Source of the DNA: Myxococcota bacterium
Lineage (GTDB): Bacteria; Myxococcota_A; UBA796; CAJQPC01
Assembly (NCBI GenBank): GCA_036012755.1
Contig: DASCPX010000059.1
Coordinates: 96,001-160,000 of the forward strand
DNA length: 64,000 nt
Reading direction: 5' to 3'
Shown here one piece after another: positions 1 through 10,782 of this stretch (positions within the stretch are counted from its first letter, which is position 1; every line of letters starts with the position of its first letter). The translations under genes and the position numbers were made by a program. Below the pieces are notes generated by a model that saw only the letters and a list, made by a program, of their open reading frames with translations, did no database searches and was not told where the DNA came from.

Positions 1-58
1 CTGTCGACCGGGTACTCGCCGACCGGCTTTTGCTCCAGACAAGCCAGCAGCAGCAGGC

Positions 59-62
<4 letters not shown>
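1..62 (-). CDS. 5' end of a putative lipoprotein that runs off the window edge
   Basis: ATG at 62-60 overlaps the TGA of the upstream gene. It reads MSLLLLAC-LEQKPVGEYPVD, a lipobox LAC. It is not in the ORF track. Confidence 0.7.
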
Positions 63-1460
<1,398 letters not shown>

Positions 1461-1476
1461 CGGCCGGACGCCCGGT

Positions 1477-2172
1477 CTACTCGCAGAAGTCCCCGAGCGA
1501 GGCGCCGTCCACCGACCAGGCGCTGCAGCCGTCGCAGGGGCCGTCGAAGTCGAAGGCCACCACGCGCTCGCCTTCGAGCTGGAGGAGGCCGCGCACAGGC
1601 TCGGACTCGCAGTCGGCGAGGTCGATGGTCCAGGTGCCTTCGACCTCCAGGGGGCCGAGCTCCGGGGTGGCCAGGGTGCCGCTGACGAGGACCTCGTCCC
1701 GGTCGTAGCGGCTGAGGATGGTCCAGGAAAGATCGACCTGGACCGGATCGGCGCAGTCTCCCCAGCCCTCGCCACCCAGGAGCGAGCCGCAGAGGGTGGC
1801 GGCCATCTCGATCGTGGCGAACTCCTCGTCGACGAGGTGCTCCAAGGCGCCGTCCATGCGGAAGGCTTGCCCCTGGTCGATGACGGCGAGGCGGCGGACC
1901 TCCATCCAGGCCATCGAGGGGTCTTCATAGCGATCGACGTTGCCGAGGTGCTCTCCGCCCGGGCATGCGCCCCAGACCTCGCGCAGCCCGTCACCGTCCT
2001 CGAAGGCCTCGACCGGGCAGGCGGGCTGGTCGACGCGACGGGTCACCCCATCGAGCAGTGCCAGAGCCGCGTCGGGGCGGGACAGCTCCAGGACCTTGGC
2101 CACAGCAGCCTCGTCGAGGGCAGGAGCGCTCTCGATCGGGACGCCGGGGGCACAGGCAAGCAGGAGGAGCAT
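1477..2172 (-). CDS. Hypothetical Cys-containing lipoprotein
   Basis: Starts MLLLLAC 10 nt after the ETF-QO stop. The sequence is acidic with several Cys. Confidence 0.7.
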   Translation of the reverse strand: MLLLLACAPGVPIESAPALDEAAVAKVLELSRPDAALALLDGVTRRVDQPACPVEAFEDGDGLREVWGACPGGEHLGNVDRYEDPSMAWMEVRRLAVIDQGQAFRMDGALEHLVDEEFATIEMAATLCGSLLGGEGWGDCADPVQVDLSWTILSRYDRDEVLVSGTLATPELGPLEVEGTWTIDLADCESEPVRGLLQLEGERVVAFDFDGPCDGCSAWSVDGASLGDFCE

Positions 2173-2182
2173 TCGTCTCAGT

Positions 2183-3895
2183 CTACAGGATGCCGTACTC
2201 GGGTCCGTCCCCACCTTCGGGCGGGACCCACTGGATGATCTGGTAGGGGTCGCGGATGTCGCAGGTCTTGCAGTGGACGCAGTTGCTGAAGTCGACCTGC
2301 AGCTCCTTCCGACCGGCCTCTTCGTTGTCGACCATGTTGTAGACCTGGGCCGGACAGAAGCGCTCGCATGGGTTGCCGTACTCCTCTACGCACTTCGTCG
2401 CACAGACCTCTGGGTCGGTGATCTTGAGGTGGCAGGGCTGGTGCTCGTCGTGCTTCGTGCCGGAGAGGAACACGTCGGTCAGCTTGTCGACGACGTAGCT
2501 CCCGTCGTACTCGATGTCCCCGTACTTCCCTGCTGCTGGCTGCACGGGCAGCGCCGCCCCGCCCAGCTTCTTCATGCCCTCGTGGTCGGGGCTGACGCCC
2601 TGGATGGAGCCGGCGCCGAAGACCTTGCTCCAGAGGAACTTCATGCTCCCGCCGATCATCCCGCTGTTGTGGAAGCCGGCGTGGAAGTTCTTTGTGGGCT
2701 CCATCTCCACGCGGATCCAGCTCGCGTCGATGGCGGCCTTGAACTTCGACATCGCCTCGTCGCTGTTGTCGCCTGAGACCATCGCGGCGAAGGCGGTCTC
2801 GGCGGCCAGCATGCCGCTCTTCATGGAGAGGTGGATGCCCTTGATGCGGGCCGCGTTGAGGAAGCTGGCGCTGTCCCCGACGATGAGCGCGCCTGGGGCG
2901 TAGAGCTTGGGCATGCAGCCCCAGCCACCGACCGTGACGGTCTTGGCGCCGTACTTGACGACCTTGCCCTCTCCGAGGATGTCCTTGATCTTCGGGTGCA
3001 GCTTCAGCTTCTGGAGCTCGTACTGCATGTCGAGACCGGGGTCCGCCGCGTCGGTGGAAGCCAGCAGCCCGATGCAGGCCCGGTCGCCGCCCAAGCTGTA
3101 GATGAAGCCGCCGCCGAATGGGCCGCTGCCGAAGGCGTCCTGCAGCGGGTACAGGGAGGTCAGGTAGACGAAGCCCTCCGTGATCGTGCCTTCCGGGAAC
3201 TCGAGGACCTCCTTGCAGCCGGTCTCGTAGGCCATCTGGTTGCGACCGTCCTGGAGCCCGTACTTGTCCATCAGGATGCGGGCGAGGTGACCGCGTGGAC
3301 CCTCTCCGATGATGGTCACGGGAGACTCGAGGTCCATGCCCGGCTCGAAGTTGTCCTTCGGCTCGCCGTCGGGGCCGACCCCCTTGTCGCCCGTACGGAC
3401 TCCGGCGACCTTGCCCTCCTCGTCGTAGAGCAGATCGACCCCGGCGAAGCCCGGGAAGATCATGACGCCCATCTCCTCGGCTTTGTCGGCGAGCCACTTC
3501 TGGAACTTGGCGATCGAGACGATCGGCTTGCCCTCGTCGTGGAACTCGGCGGGCATGAAGGGGAGCTGGAAGCCGCCGGTGGCGCTGGTGAGCGCCAGCA
3601 TTGCCTCGCGCTCGACATAGCGCTCGAGCGGGAAGGAGTCGTCCTCCTTCCAATCGGGGCAGAGCTCGTCGAGTGCGCGGGGGTCCAACACGGCGCCGGA
3701 GATGGCGTGGCTGCCGATCTCGCTGCCCTTCTCGATGAGGCCGATCATCGGCTCTTCGAACTGCTCGTCTTCCGGTGCGGTCTCGTTGTGCTTCTCGATG
3801 AGGCCCATCAGGTGCAGAGCCCCAGCCAGACATGCCGGGCCGCCGCCGACGAAGATGACATCGACGGGCATGGACTCGCGTTCGATCTCCGACAT
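2183..3895 (-). CDS. Electron transfer flavoprotein-ubiquinone oxidoreductase
   Basis: FAD motif VGGGPA, EKGSEIGSHAISGA and KGIHLSMKSG. C-terminal 4Fe-4S motifs CERFCPAQVY and NCVHCKTCDIRDP. Confidence 0.95.
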   Translation of the reverse strand: MSEIERESMPVDVIFVGGGPACLAGALHLMGLIEKHNETAPEDEQFEEPMIGLIEKGSEIGSHAISGAVLDPRALDELCPDWKEDDSFPLERYVEREAMLALTSATGGFQLPFMPAEFHDEGKPIVSIAKFQKWLADKAEEMGVMIFPGFAGVDLLYDEEGKVAGVRTGDKGVGPDGEPKDNFEPGMDLESPVTIIGEGPRGHLARILMDKYGLQDGRNQMAYETGCKEVLEFPEGTITEGFVYLTSLYPLQDAFGSGPFGGGFIYSLGGDRACIGLLASTDAADPGLDMQYELQKLKLHPKIKDILGEGKVVKYGAKTVTVGGWGCMPKLYAPGALIVGDSASFLNAARIKGIHLSMKSGMLAAETAFAAMVSGDNSDEAMSKFKAAIDASWIRVEMEPTKNFHAGFHNSGMIGGSMKFLWSKVFGAGSIQGVSPDHEGMKKLGGAALPVQPAAGKYGDIEYDGSYVVDKLTDVFLSGTKHDEHQPCHLKITDPEVCATKCVEEYGNPCERFCPAQVYNMVDNEEAGRKELQVDFSNCVHCKTCDIRDPYQIIQWVPPEGGDGPEYGIL

Positions 3896-3966
3896 CAGCT
3901 CACTCCATTTGGCGGGCGGCTTAACCCGTTGGAAATCGTTAGGTGGCGCTCCTCGTAGAGGTACCC

Positions 3967-4539
3967 GTGCCCCGCAAATACACCATCTTCGCCCTTGTCA
4001 GCGTCGTGGTCGTCACCCTCGATCAGCTGACGAAGTGGTGGGTCCGCACCCACCTGGAGCTTTGGCGCGACAGCGTCGACGTGATCCCGGGCTTCTTCGA
4101 GCTGGTCCATTACCAGAACACGGGCGCCGCCTTCGGGGTGATGCAGGACGACCCGGACGCGATGACCAAGTTCGCGGTCTTCACCCTGGTCGCGCTGACC
4201 ATCATGCTGGTGATGGTCTGGCGCCTGCCGAAGGAGGAGTCCTTCGTCGCCGGCATCATGGGGCTCATCATGGGCGGGGCCGTCGGCAACGCCATCGACC
4301 GGGCTGTCTTCGCCGCCGTCACCGACTTCCTGCGCTTCTACACCGACGCCGAGGCAGCCAGCGTCTGGCTCCGCGAGAACTTCGGCAGCGCGGAGTGGCC
4401 GAGCTTCAACATCGCCGACTCGGCCATCGTGGTCGGCATCATCGTCTTCTTCGTCCAGCAGATCGTGATGGGCCGAAGAGAGAAGGACGCGGACCTCGAC
4501 GACGAGGAGCTGCCCAGCCTCGAGGACGTCCCCGAGTGA
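3967..4539 (+). CDS. lspA: Lipoprotein signal peptidase II, copy 1
   Basis: Motifs DQLTK, NTGAAFG, GAVGNAIDR, VTDF and FNIAD. Start is GTG 3967 (GAGG SD) or 3943. Confidence 0.95.
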   Translation: MPRKYTIFALVSVVVVTLDQLTKWWVRTHLELWRDSVDVIPGFFELVHYQNTGAAFGVMQDDPDAMTKFAVFTLVALTIMLVMVWRLPKEESFVAGIMGLIMGGAVGNAIDRAVFAAVTDFLRFYTDAEAASVWLRENFGSAEWPSFNIADSAIVVGIIVFFVQQIVMGRREKDADLDDEELPSLEDVPE

Positions 4540-4549
4540 GGCCGACACC

Positions 4550-5071
4550 GTGAGGACCCGCGTGTTCGTTGGCCTCGCTGCCGTGTCGGTGGTCCTGGAC
4601 CAGTTGACCAAGATCCTCGTCCGCCAGCAGATCCTGCTGGGCGAGCGCGGCCAGACCGTCATCCAGGGTCTCTTCGACATCGTGCACGTGGAGAACTCCG
4701 GCGCCGCCTTTGGCCTGCTCGCCGGCTACGACTGGGCGATCTGGGTCTTCGTTCCCTTCACGCTGATCGCCGTCATCGTGCTGATCTCGTTGCTGCGGGA
4801 GTGCAACCCGGCGGCCCGCTTCATGCCTGCCGCGCTCGGGCTCATCCTCGGCGGGGCGCTCGGCAACTTCGTCGACCGGGTCTGGAGGCAGTCGGTGACG
4901 GACTTCCTCAGGATCTACCAGGACACCGGCCCACTCTACGACTGGCTCGTCGCCAGCTTCGGCACAGCGGAGTACCCCAGCTTCAACGTCGCCGACATGA
5001 GCATCTGCGTGGGCGTGGCGATGTTCGTCGTCCACGAGCTGACCTGGGGCAGGAGGAAGCGAAAAGACTGA
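4550..5071 (+). CDS. lspA: Lipoprotein signal peptidase II, copy 2
   Basis: Motifs DQLTK, NSGAAFG, GALGNFVDR, VTDF and FNVAD. Confidence 0.95.
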   Translation: MRTRVFVGLAAVSVVLDQLTKILVRQQILLGERGQTVIQGLFDIVHVENSGAAFGLLAGYDWAIWVFVPFTLIAVIVLISLLRECNPAARFMPAALGLILGGALGNFVDRVWRQSVTDFLRIYQDTGPLYDWLVASFGTAEYPSFNVADMSICVGVAMFVVHELTWGRRKRKD

Positions 5072-5841
5072 TGCACCCCGTCCTCTTCCACATCGGTGAC
5101 TTCGCCGTTCACAGCTACGGCGTGCTCATCGCGCTGGGCACGGTGCTCGCCGTGGCGATCGGTACTCGCTGGTCGAAGGCGGAGGGCTTCCCGAAGGACA
5201 CCTTCACCGATCTCGGCTTCTGGTCGATCGCCGCGGCGGTCGTCGGAGCTCGCCTGGAGTACCTCCGCACGAACTGGCACCAGTTCGACGACGCCGGGAT
5301 CGGCGCGATGCTCAACGTGCGCGACGGGGGCCTGGTCTTCTACGGCGGGCTGGTCGGCACGCTCATCGCCTTCGGGGTCATCACCTGGCGCCGCAAGCTG
5401 AACCCGCTCAAGCTCCTCGACATCCTCGCCCCGCTGGTGCCCTTCGGCATCATGTTCGGGCGCACGGGCTGCCTCATGTCCGGCTGCTGCTACGGCAAGC
5501 CCACATCCGCCGCCTGGGCAGTGACCTTCACCCACGAGCTGAGCGTCGCCCCGAAGGGCATCCCGCTCCACCCGACGCAGGTCTACGAGGTGATCTACGG
5601 CTTGGGGCTCTTCGGCCTGTTGTACTGGCTCAAGGGCCGGAAGAAGTTCGATGGCCAGCTGATGCTGACGCTGTTGACCGTCTACCCGCTGTTGCGCTCG
5701 GTCAACGAGCTCTTCCGAGGGGACCCGGGCCGCGGGTGGGCCATCGAGGGGCTGCTGTCGAACGCGCAGGCCATCAGCATCGGGGTCGCGATCGTCGCGG
5801 CCATCGGCTGGGTGGTCCTGCTCCGTCGCGAGAAGGCCTGA
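5071..5841 (+). CDS. lgt: Prolipoprotein diacylglyceryl transferase, copy 1
   Basis: Motifs MHPVLF..SYG, GGLVFYGG, GRTGC..GCCYG and HPTQVYE. TGATG-coupled to lspA copy 2. Confidence 0.95.
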   Translation: MHPVLFHIGDFAVHSYGVLIALGTVLAVAIGTRWSKAEGFPKDTFTDLGFWSIAAAVVGARLEYLRTNWHQFDDAGIGAMLNVRDGGLVFYGGLVGTLIAFGVITWRRKLNPLKLLDILAPLVPFGIMFGRTGCLMSGCCYGKPTSAAWAVTFTHELSVAPKGIPLHPTQVYEVIYGLGLFGLLYWLKGRKKFDGQLMLTLLTVYPLLRSVNELFRGDPGRGWAIEGLLSNAQAISIGVAIVAAIGWVVLLRREKA

Positions 5842-5853
5842 GTAGGCGCGGCG

Positions 5854-6645
5854 ATGCATCCGGTGCTCTTCGAACTCGGACCCTTGACGCTCCACAGCTA
5901 CGGCGCTGGGGTAGGCACCGCCCTGTTGTTGGGTATGTGGACCGCTTCGAAGCTGACGGAGGGCGACCCGCGCTGGGCAAAGGACTTCTTCTGGTTCGCG
6001 GCGCTGTTGACGGTGCCGTTGGCCCTGCTCGGAGCGCGGCTGGAGTACGTGCGCCAGCACTGGAGCGAGGGCTTCGGAGAGGACCTTGCGTCCATCTTCA
6101 TGATCACGGACGGTGGCGTGGTGTTCCACGGCGGGCTCGTCGGCGGGGCGATCGGCCTGGCGCTGGCCGTCTGGCTCAAGAAGGCCCCGCTGCTCCCGAC
6201 CCTGGACGCTGCCGCAGTGACTGTCGGCTACGGGCTCGTCTTCGCGCGGCTCGGATGCTTCGGGGCCGGCTGCTGCTACGGCGACGCCACCGACCTGCCC
6301 TGGGGAGTCGTCTTCTCCCACCCCGACTCGATCGCCCCGGGAGACCTGGCCCGCCACCCGACCCAGCTCTATGCGGCGATCTTCGGCGCCATCCTCGGGC
6401 CGGTGCTGACCTTGAAGTTCCTCCGGAGGCGCTTCGACGGACAGGTCGCGGTCACGCTCGGCGTGCTCTACCCGGTCTTCCGCATCGTCAACGAGATCCT
6501 CCGCGGTGACGGCGAGCGCGGGTGGCTCATCGAGGGGGTGCTCACACCGGCCCAGGGCTTCTCCTTGGCGGCGGTGGCGCTGTCGCTGACGGCGGGGTTC
6601 GTGCTGGCACGTCGAGCCAGCTCGTCCAGCCCGAGCCCGGGATGA
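5854..6645 (+). CDS. lgt: Prolipoprotein diacylglyceryl transferase, copy 2
   Basis: Motifs MHPVLF..SYG, GGVVFHGG, ARLGC..GCCYG and HPTQLY. Confidence 0.93.
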   Translation: MHPVLFELGPLTLHSYGAGVGTALLLGMWTASKLTEGDPRWAKDFFWFAALLTVPLALLGARLEYVRQHWSEGFGEDLASIFMITDGGVVFHGGLVGGAIGLALAVWLKKAPLLPTLDAAAVTVGYGLVFARLGCFGAGCCYGDATDLPWGVVFSHPDSIAPGDLARHPTQLYAAIFGAILGPVLTLKFLRRRFDGQVAVTLGVLYPVFRIVNEILRGDGERGWLIEGVLTPAQGFSLAAVALSLTAGFVLARRASSSSPSPG

Positions 6646-8740
6646 GCTGACGCCAGCGCAGGTCGAGGCCGTCGCTGGCTATCTGGACGCTGCCCTGGTC
6701 GGTCCGCAGGACACGACTGTGGCGCAGGGCCCCCAGCGTGGCAGCGTGTGGGTGGCCGAAGCGGCTCCAGCGGCCGCAGGAGATCACCGAGAGCGCGGGA
6801 TCGAGGACCTCGACGAGTTCTCCGCTGGAGGAGGTGCGGCTCCCGTGGTGGGCGACCTTCAGCACGTCGACCTCTCGGACGAGGCCGACGAGGACCGCCT
6901 CTGCGTCGCGCTCGATGTCCCCGGTGAAGAGCAGGCGGCGCCGACCCCAGGAGAGCTCCATGACCAGTGAGCTCTCGTTGGCGTCATCGAGATGATCGAG
7001 GATGAACCCCGGGCTCGGATGGAGCACCCGCCAGCCCGGCAGCGTGGGGTGAGCGGGACCGAGGACGGCGACGCCGCGTGCCCGAGCGCCCTCTACGAGC
7101 GCGGCGTAGTCGTCCTCGCCCTCCAGCGGAACGCGCGGAAGGCGCAGTGCGTCGACCTCCAGCTCTTCCAGGACCGGGACGAGACCGCCGTAGTGATCCG
7201 GGTGAGGGTGGCTGAGGACGACCTCGTCGAGGTGCACGACGCCTCGGCGTCGAAGCCAGCGCAAGAGTCGATCTCCGGGAGGACCCCCGTCGACGAGCAG
7301 GACGTCCGCGCCCTCGATCAGCGCGGCGTCGCCTTGACCGATCGCAGGGAAGGTGACACGCAGCTCCGTGGGGATCGGTCTGAGCGACAGCGCGAGCAGA
7401 GCCAGCCCGAGGCTCGCGAGGCGATCTCGAAGCAACAGCGCCAAGAGCAGCGCGAGAGCGCCCAGACTCCCCACGGCAGGGACGAGCACGGGGCCCTCGA
7501 CGAGGGCCAGCCATGACAGGGTGAGGTCCCAGGCCGTGTCGGCGAAGGCCATCGGGAGCAGGTTGCCCCGCGACGCCAGGAGCGAGCCGGGCAGTGCCAC
7601 CCAGCCGACCAGCGGCACGGCCACGAGGTTCGCGAGCGGGGCGGCGAGGGGGAGCTGCTGGAAGGTCCAGGCGGTCATCGGCAGGGTGCCGAGGGTCGCT
7701 CCGAGAGTGGCTCCGACGCTGCGCACCCCCCAGCGGAGCAGGCGAGGTGAGTCCGGGGGCAGGTAGCGCTCGAGTCGCGGACTCACCGTCAGGATGCCGA
7801 GGACCGCGCCAAAGGACAGCCCGAAGCCGAGACCGCGGACCGCGCCTGGGTCGCCGATGGCCACCAGCGCGGCTGCGATGCCGAGGAGGTTCCAGGGCCG
7901 AACCCCGCGTCCCGAGGCGGAGCCGACCAGGGCGCCAGCCACCATCCAGGTCGCTCTCCGGGCAGACACCGGCCAGCCGACGAAGTGGGCGAAGGCCCAG
8001 GCGACGCCGAGCCCGACGAAGACCGGCACCAGGCGCACCAGCCGGTCGTGGTGGAGGAGCGCGAGGGGTCTGACGAACAGGGTCGCGAGCCCCGCGGCCA
8101 GGGCTGCCAGCAGGCCCACGTGGAGCCCGCTGATCGCCAGCAGGTGGATGGTGCCGGTGCGCTGCAGCAGGGCAACGTCCTCCTCCCGCACCAGGCTCCG
8201 GTCACCGAAGGCCAGAGCCTGGAGCAGGCCCTCGTGCTCAGCGGCCGGGAAGGGCCGCGCACGCGGCGGGGCGTCGCTGGTCCAGTCCGTCGCCAGCAGG
8301 CGGTTGCGGAGACCGGCCGTGCGAGCGCGCAGGACCGGATCCGGTTCGCCGGGGAGGTGCAGCTCCCAGTCCGGACGGAGGCGCCCGAAGGCGGCCAGGG
8401 TGCTCCCGGCGGGGGGCGCAGGGTCCGGAAGCCAGACCTCGATGGGGCCGTCTTCGGTCCGCAAGGAGGCCCGGTGCCCCCCGCTGTCGTAGACCACGCC
8501 GGTGACCGAGGTGTAGGCCTCTGCGCGCGGTCGGGCACCGTCATGCAGGCCAGGTGCGGCCGAGCCGACCAGGAGCGCGGCGCTCCAGGCCGCCAGGGGC
8601 GCCACCCGCCTGCCGAAAAGAGCGCAGACGCCCAGCGCACCGACTCCGAGGAGCAGGGTTGAGACCTCGGGTTGCCAGTGTGGCCAGAGCCAGACACCGA
8701 CGACCACGAGAGCTCCCGGGACAAGGCAGGGGTCGCGCAT
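6542..8740 (-). CDS. comEC: DNA internalization competence protein ComEC/Rec2
   Basis: Competence motif GTIHLLAISGLHVG. C-terminal metallo-beta-lactamase motifs GQGDA, SHPHPDHYGG and KVAHHGS. Confidence 0.95.
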   Translation of the reverse strand: MRDPCLVPGALVVVGVWLWPHWQPEVSTLLLGVGALGVCALFGRRVAPLAAWSAALLVGSAAPGLHDGARPRAEAYTSVTGVVYDSGGHRASLRTEDGPIEVWLPDPAPPAGSTLAAFGRLRPDWELHLPGEPDPVLRARTAGLRNRLLATDWTSDAPPRARPFPAAEHEGLLQALAFGDRSLVREEDVALLQRTGTIHLLAISGLHVGLLAALAAGLATLFVRPLALLHHDRLVRLVPVFVGLGVAWAFAHFVGWPVSARRATWMVAGALVGSASGRGVRPWNLLGIAAALVAIGDPGAVRGLGFGLSFGAVLGILTVSPRLERYLPPDSPRLLRWGVRSVGATLGATLGTLPMTAWTFQQLPLAAPLANLVAVPLVGWVALPGSLLASRGNLLPMAFADTAWDLTLSWLALVEGPVLVPAVGSLGALALLLALLLRDRLASLGLALLALSLRPIPTELRVTFPAIGQGDAALIEGADVLLVDGGPPGDRLLRWLRRRGVVHLDEVVLSHPHPDHYGGLVPVLEELEVDALRLPRVPLEGEDDYAALVEGARARGVAVLGPAHPTLPGWRVLHPSPGFILDHLDDANESSLVMELSWGRRRLLFTGDIERDAEAVLVGLVREVDVLKVAHHGSRTSSSGELVEVLDPALSVISCGRWSRFGHPHAATLGALRHSRVLRTDQGSVQIASDGLDLRWRQLIPGSGWTSWLDVPARTPPSATAPPPPRRSPGPV

Positions 8741-8754
8741 GGCTGCGCCGCGTC

Positions 8755-8769
8755 GCAAGCGGCGTGCCG
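8755..8769 (-). promoter_or_regulatory. Putative sigma54 (-24/-12) promoter of comEC
   Basis: The minus strand reads CGGCACGCCGCTTGC (GG-N10-GC, close to the TGGCACG-N4-TTGC consensus), 14 nt upstream of ATG 8740. Confidence 0.6.
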
Positions 8770-8877
8770 GACTCCTCGGGGTCCTGGCTCGCCGGAAAAC
8801 CCAGGTTCGTCCGTCCCCAGGGTGTCAGAGGGTGTCAACCCTCCCCTGTCGGATTCCCGGGGCGTACCGTACCCCCC

Positions 8878-9573
8878 ATGTTCGAGTTCTTCTTGTGGCT
8901 GCCGGAGCCCTCCCTGCTGGCGCCCTCGCTCGCCGATCCCAGGGCTCCGATCTCCCAGGTCACGACTCGCTTCGGTGACGATCGCCTCGACGCCACGTTG
9001 GGCATCGACGCGCCGCTGGTCCAGGTCCACGCCGTGCAGCTCCACCTCGTCGCAGCGGGGTGGATGTCCTTTCGCCAGGACGGGCCGTTGACATACGCGC
9101 TGTTGACCTTCGACGGCACCTTCGGAGTCCCCGTGCAGGTCGAGTACGAGCGCTGGCGCTTCGAGGGTGGCTGGCAGCACCAGAGCGCCCACCTCGCCGA
9201 CGGCACGCGCATGACCGGCGAGCGGCACATCCCGATCAGCTACTCGCGAGAGGTCCTCTGGACCCGGGTCGCCGCGGAGCTCGGCCCGGTGACTCCCTGG
9301 CTCGGGGGCAGCTTCCTCGCGCGGTCTACGCCGGCTCTTTCTCCCTGGGCGGTCCAGGCAGGAGCGCAAGCCCAGTGGCGCTTCCTCTTCGCCTCGGTTG
9401 ACCTGCAGCTGCGAGCCGAGGACCCCGATCTCGCAGTCGGCGCCTGGCTCGGCGTGCAGCACGACCAGCGCGTCAATTTCGGCCTCTACGGGTACCGGGG
9501 CCCCGACCGTCGCGGCCAGTTCCTCGGCGAGGACGACACCTGGGTGGGGCTCAGGCTCGCGCTTCGGCCCTGA
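8878..9573 (+). CDS. DUF1207-like putative outer-membrane beta-barrel protein
   Basis: Contains P.LADPR.P and HQSAHLADG, alternating hydrophobic strands, and C-terminal GQF....WVGLRL. Confidence 0.6.
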   Translation: MFEFFLWLPEPSLLAPSLADPRAPISQVTTRFGDDRLDATLGIDAPLVQVHAVQLHLVAAGWMSFRQDGPLTYALLTFDGTFGVPVQVEYERWRFEGGWQHQSAHLADGTRMTGERHIPISYSREVLWTRVAAELGPVTPWLGGSFLARSTPALSPWAVQAGAQAQWRFLFASVDLQLRAEDPDLAVGAWLGVQHDQRVNFGLYGYRGPDRRGQFLGEDDTWVGLRLALRP

Positions 9574-9612
9574 GCGCAACGACGAGTGCCCCCGCGAGAT
9601 AGTCCGGTTCCG

Positions 9613-10782
9613 ATGCGTCTGAACCCCGTCATGTCCCAGCTGCACACCTACCCGCAGATCGCCCTCGACCGGAAGAAGGAAGAGGTCCTGGCGCGCGGTC
9701 AGGCCCTCTACGACTTCGGCACCGGCGATCCGATCGAGCCCACTCCGGAGCCGATCCGACAGGCGATCAAGGACGCCGTGCCGGTGATCTCGCAGTACCC
9801 GAAGGTCCAGGGGCCGCGAGCCCTGCGCGAGGCCATCGCCAGCTACCTGGGCCGTCGCTTCGATGTCGGCGTCGACCCGGAGACACAGGTGTTGCCTACC
9901 TCGGGCAGCAAGGAAGCGGTCTTCCACCTGCCCTTCCTCGTCATCGATCCACAGGTCGAGGACAGGCTCGTGGTCTTCCCCGATCCCGGCTACCCGGCCT
10001 ATGACCGCGGCGCGCTGTTCGCTGGCGGTGAGCCCCGGATGCACCGGCTGGAGGGGGGCTGGCGGCAAGCACCCTGGGAGGTCCCGCCAGAGGTGCTCGC
10101 CCGCACCCGGCTGATGTGGGTCAACTCCCCCCACAACCCCAGCGGCGGCTTCATGACCCGCGACGAGCTGCGCAGGACACACGAGGTCTGCCAGGAGCAC
10201 GGCATCCTCCTGGCCTCCGACGAGTGCTACGCGGATGTCTACTCCGGGCATGCGCCGCCGAGCCTGCTCGAGGTCGCCCGCGAGGACATCCTCGTCTTCC
10301 ACTCCCTGTCCAAGCGCTCCGGCATGACCGGCTACCGCTCCGGCTTCATCGCTGGGGATCCGAAGTGGATCGCGGCCTACCGCCGCTTCCGCATCAACCC
10401 CGGACTGGTCCCCCAGGACACGGTCAACGCAGGCGCCACGGTCGCCTGGGCCGATGACACCCACGCCACCGAGCGCCGTGACCTCTTGCGCCGCAAGAAG
10501 GCCCTGTTCCGCGAGTTCTTCGACAGCGTCGACCTCGGCGTCACGGCCTCGCAGGCGACCTTCTACTTCTGGCTGCGCTGTCCGGAGGGTGTGGACGACG
10601 AGGCCTACGCCCTGCGGCTGCTCGAGGCGGGCATCGTCGTGAGTCCGGGCTCCTACTTCGGGCTGTCCGGAGCGGGCAGGGGTTACATCCGCGTTGCCAT
10701 GGTGCCCCCCATGGAGCGCTGCCGCGAGGCCATCACCGTGTGGCGCCGGGTCCACGAGGAGGAAGGTTGGCTCCAGACCTGA
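9613..10782 (+). CDS. dapC: PLP-dependent class I aminotransferase, probably succinyldiaminopimelate transaminase
   Basis: Motifs NSPHNPSG, SDECY and SLSKRSGMTGYRSG. Lies immediately upstream of dapD. Confidence 0.85.
   Translation: MRLNPVMSQLHTYPQIALDRKKEEVLARGQALYDFGTGDPIEPTPEPIRQAIKDAVPVISQYPKVQGPRALREAIASYLGRRFDVGVDPETQVLPTSGSKEAVFHLPFLVIDPQVEDRLVVFPDPGYPAYDRGALFAGGEPRMHRLEGGWRQAPWEVPPEVLARTRLMWVNSPHNPSGGFMTRDELRRTHEVCQEHGILLASDECYADVYSGHAPPSLLEVAREDILVFHSLSKRSGMTGYRSGFIAGDPKWIAAYRRFRINPGLVPQDTVNAGATVAWADDTHATERRDLLRRKKALFREFFDSVDLGVTASQATFYFWLRCPEGVDDEAYALRLLEAGIVVSPGSYFGLSGAGRGYIRVAMVPPMERCREAITVWRRVHEEEGWLQT

Noticed and set aside
7789..10755. 988-aa minus-strand ORF, and similar long shadow ORFs such as 61050-63872 and the 5' extensions of 14692-17949, 14764-19890 and 44522-48163
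   Set aside because: These are antisense or off-frame shadows of genes with clear motifs. Long open shadow frames are expected in high-GC DNA.
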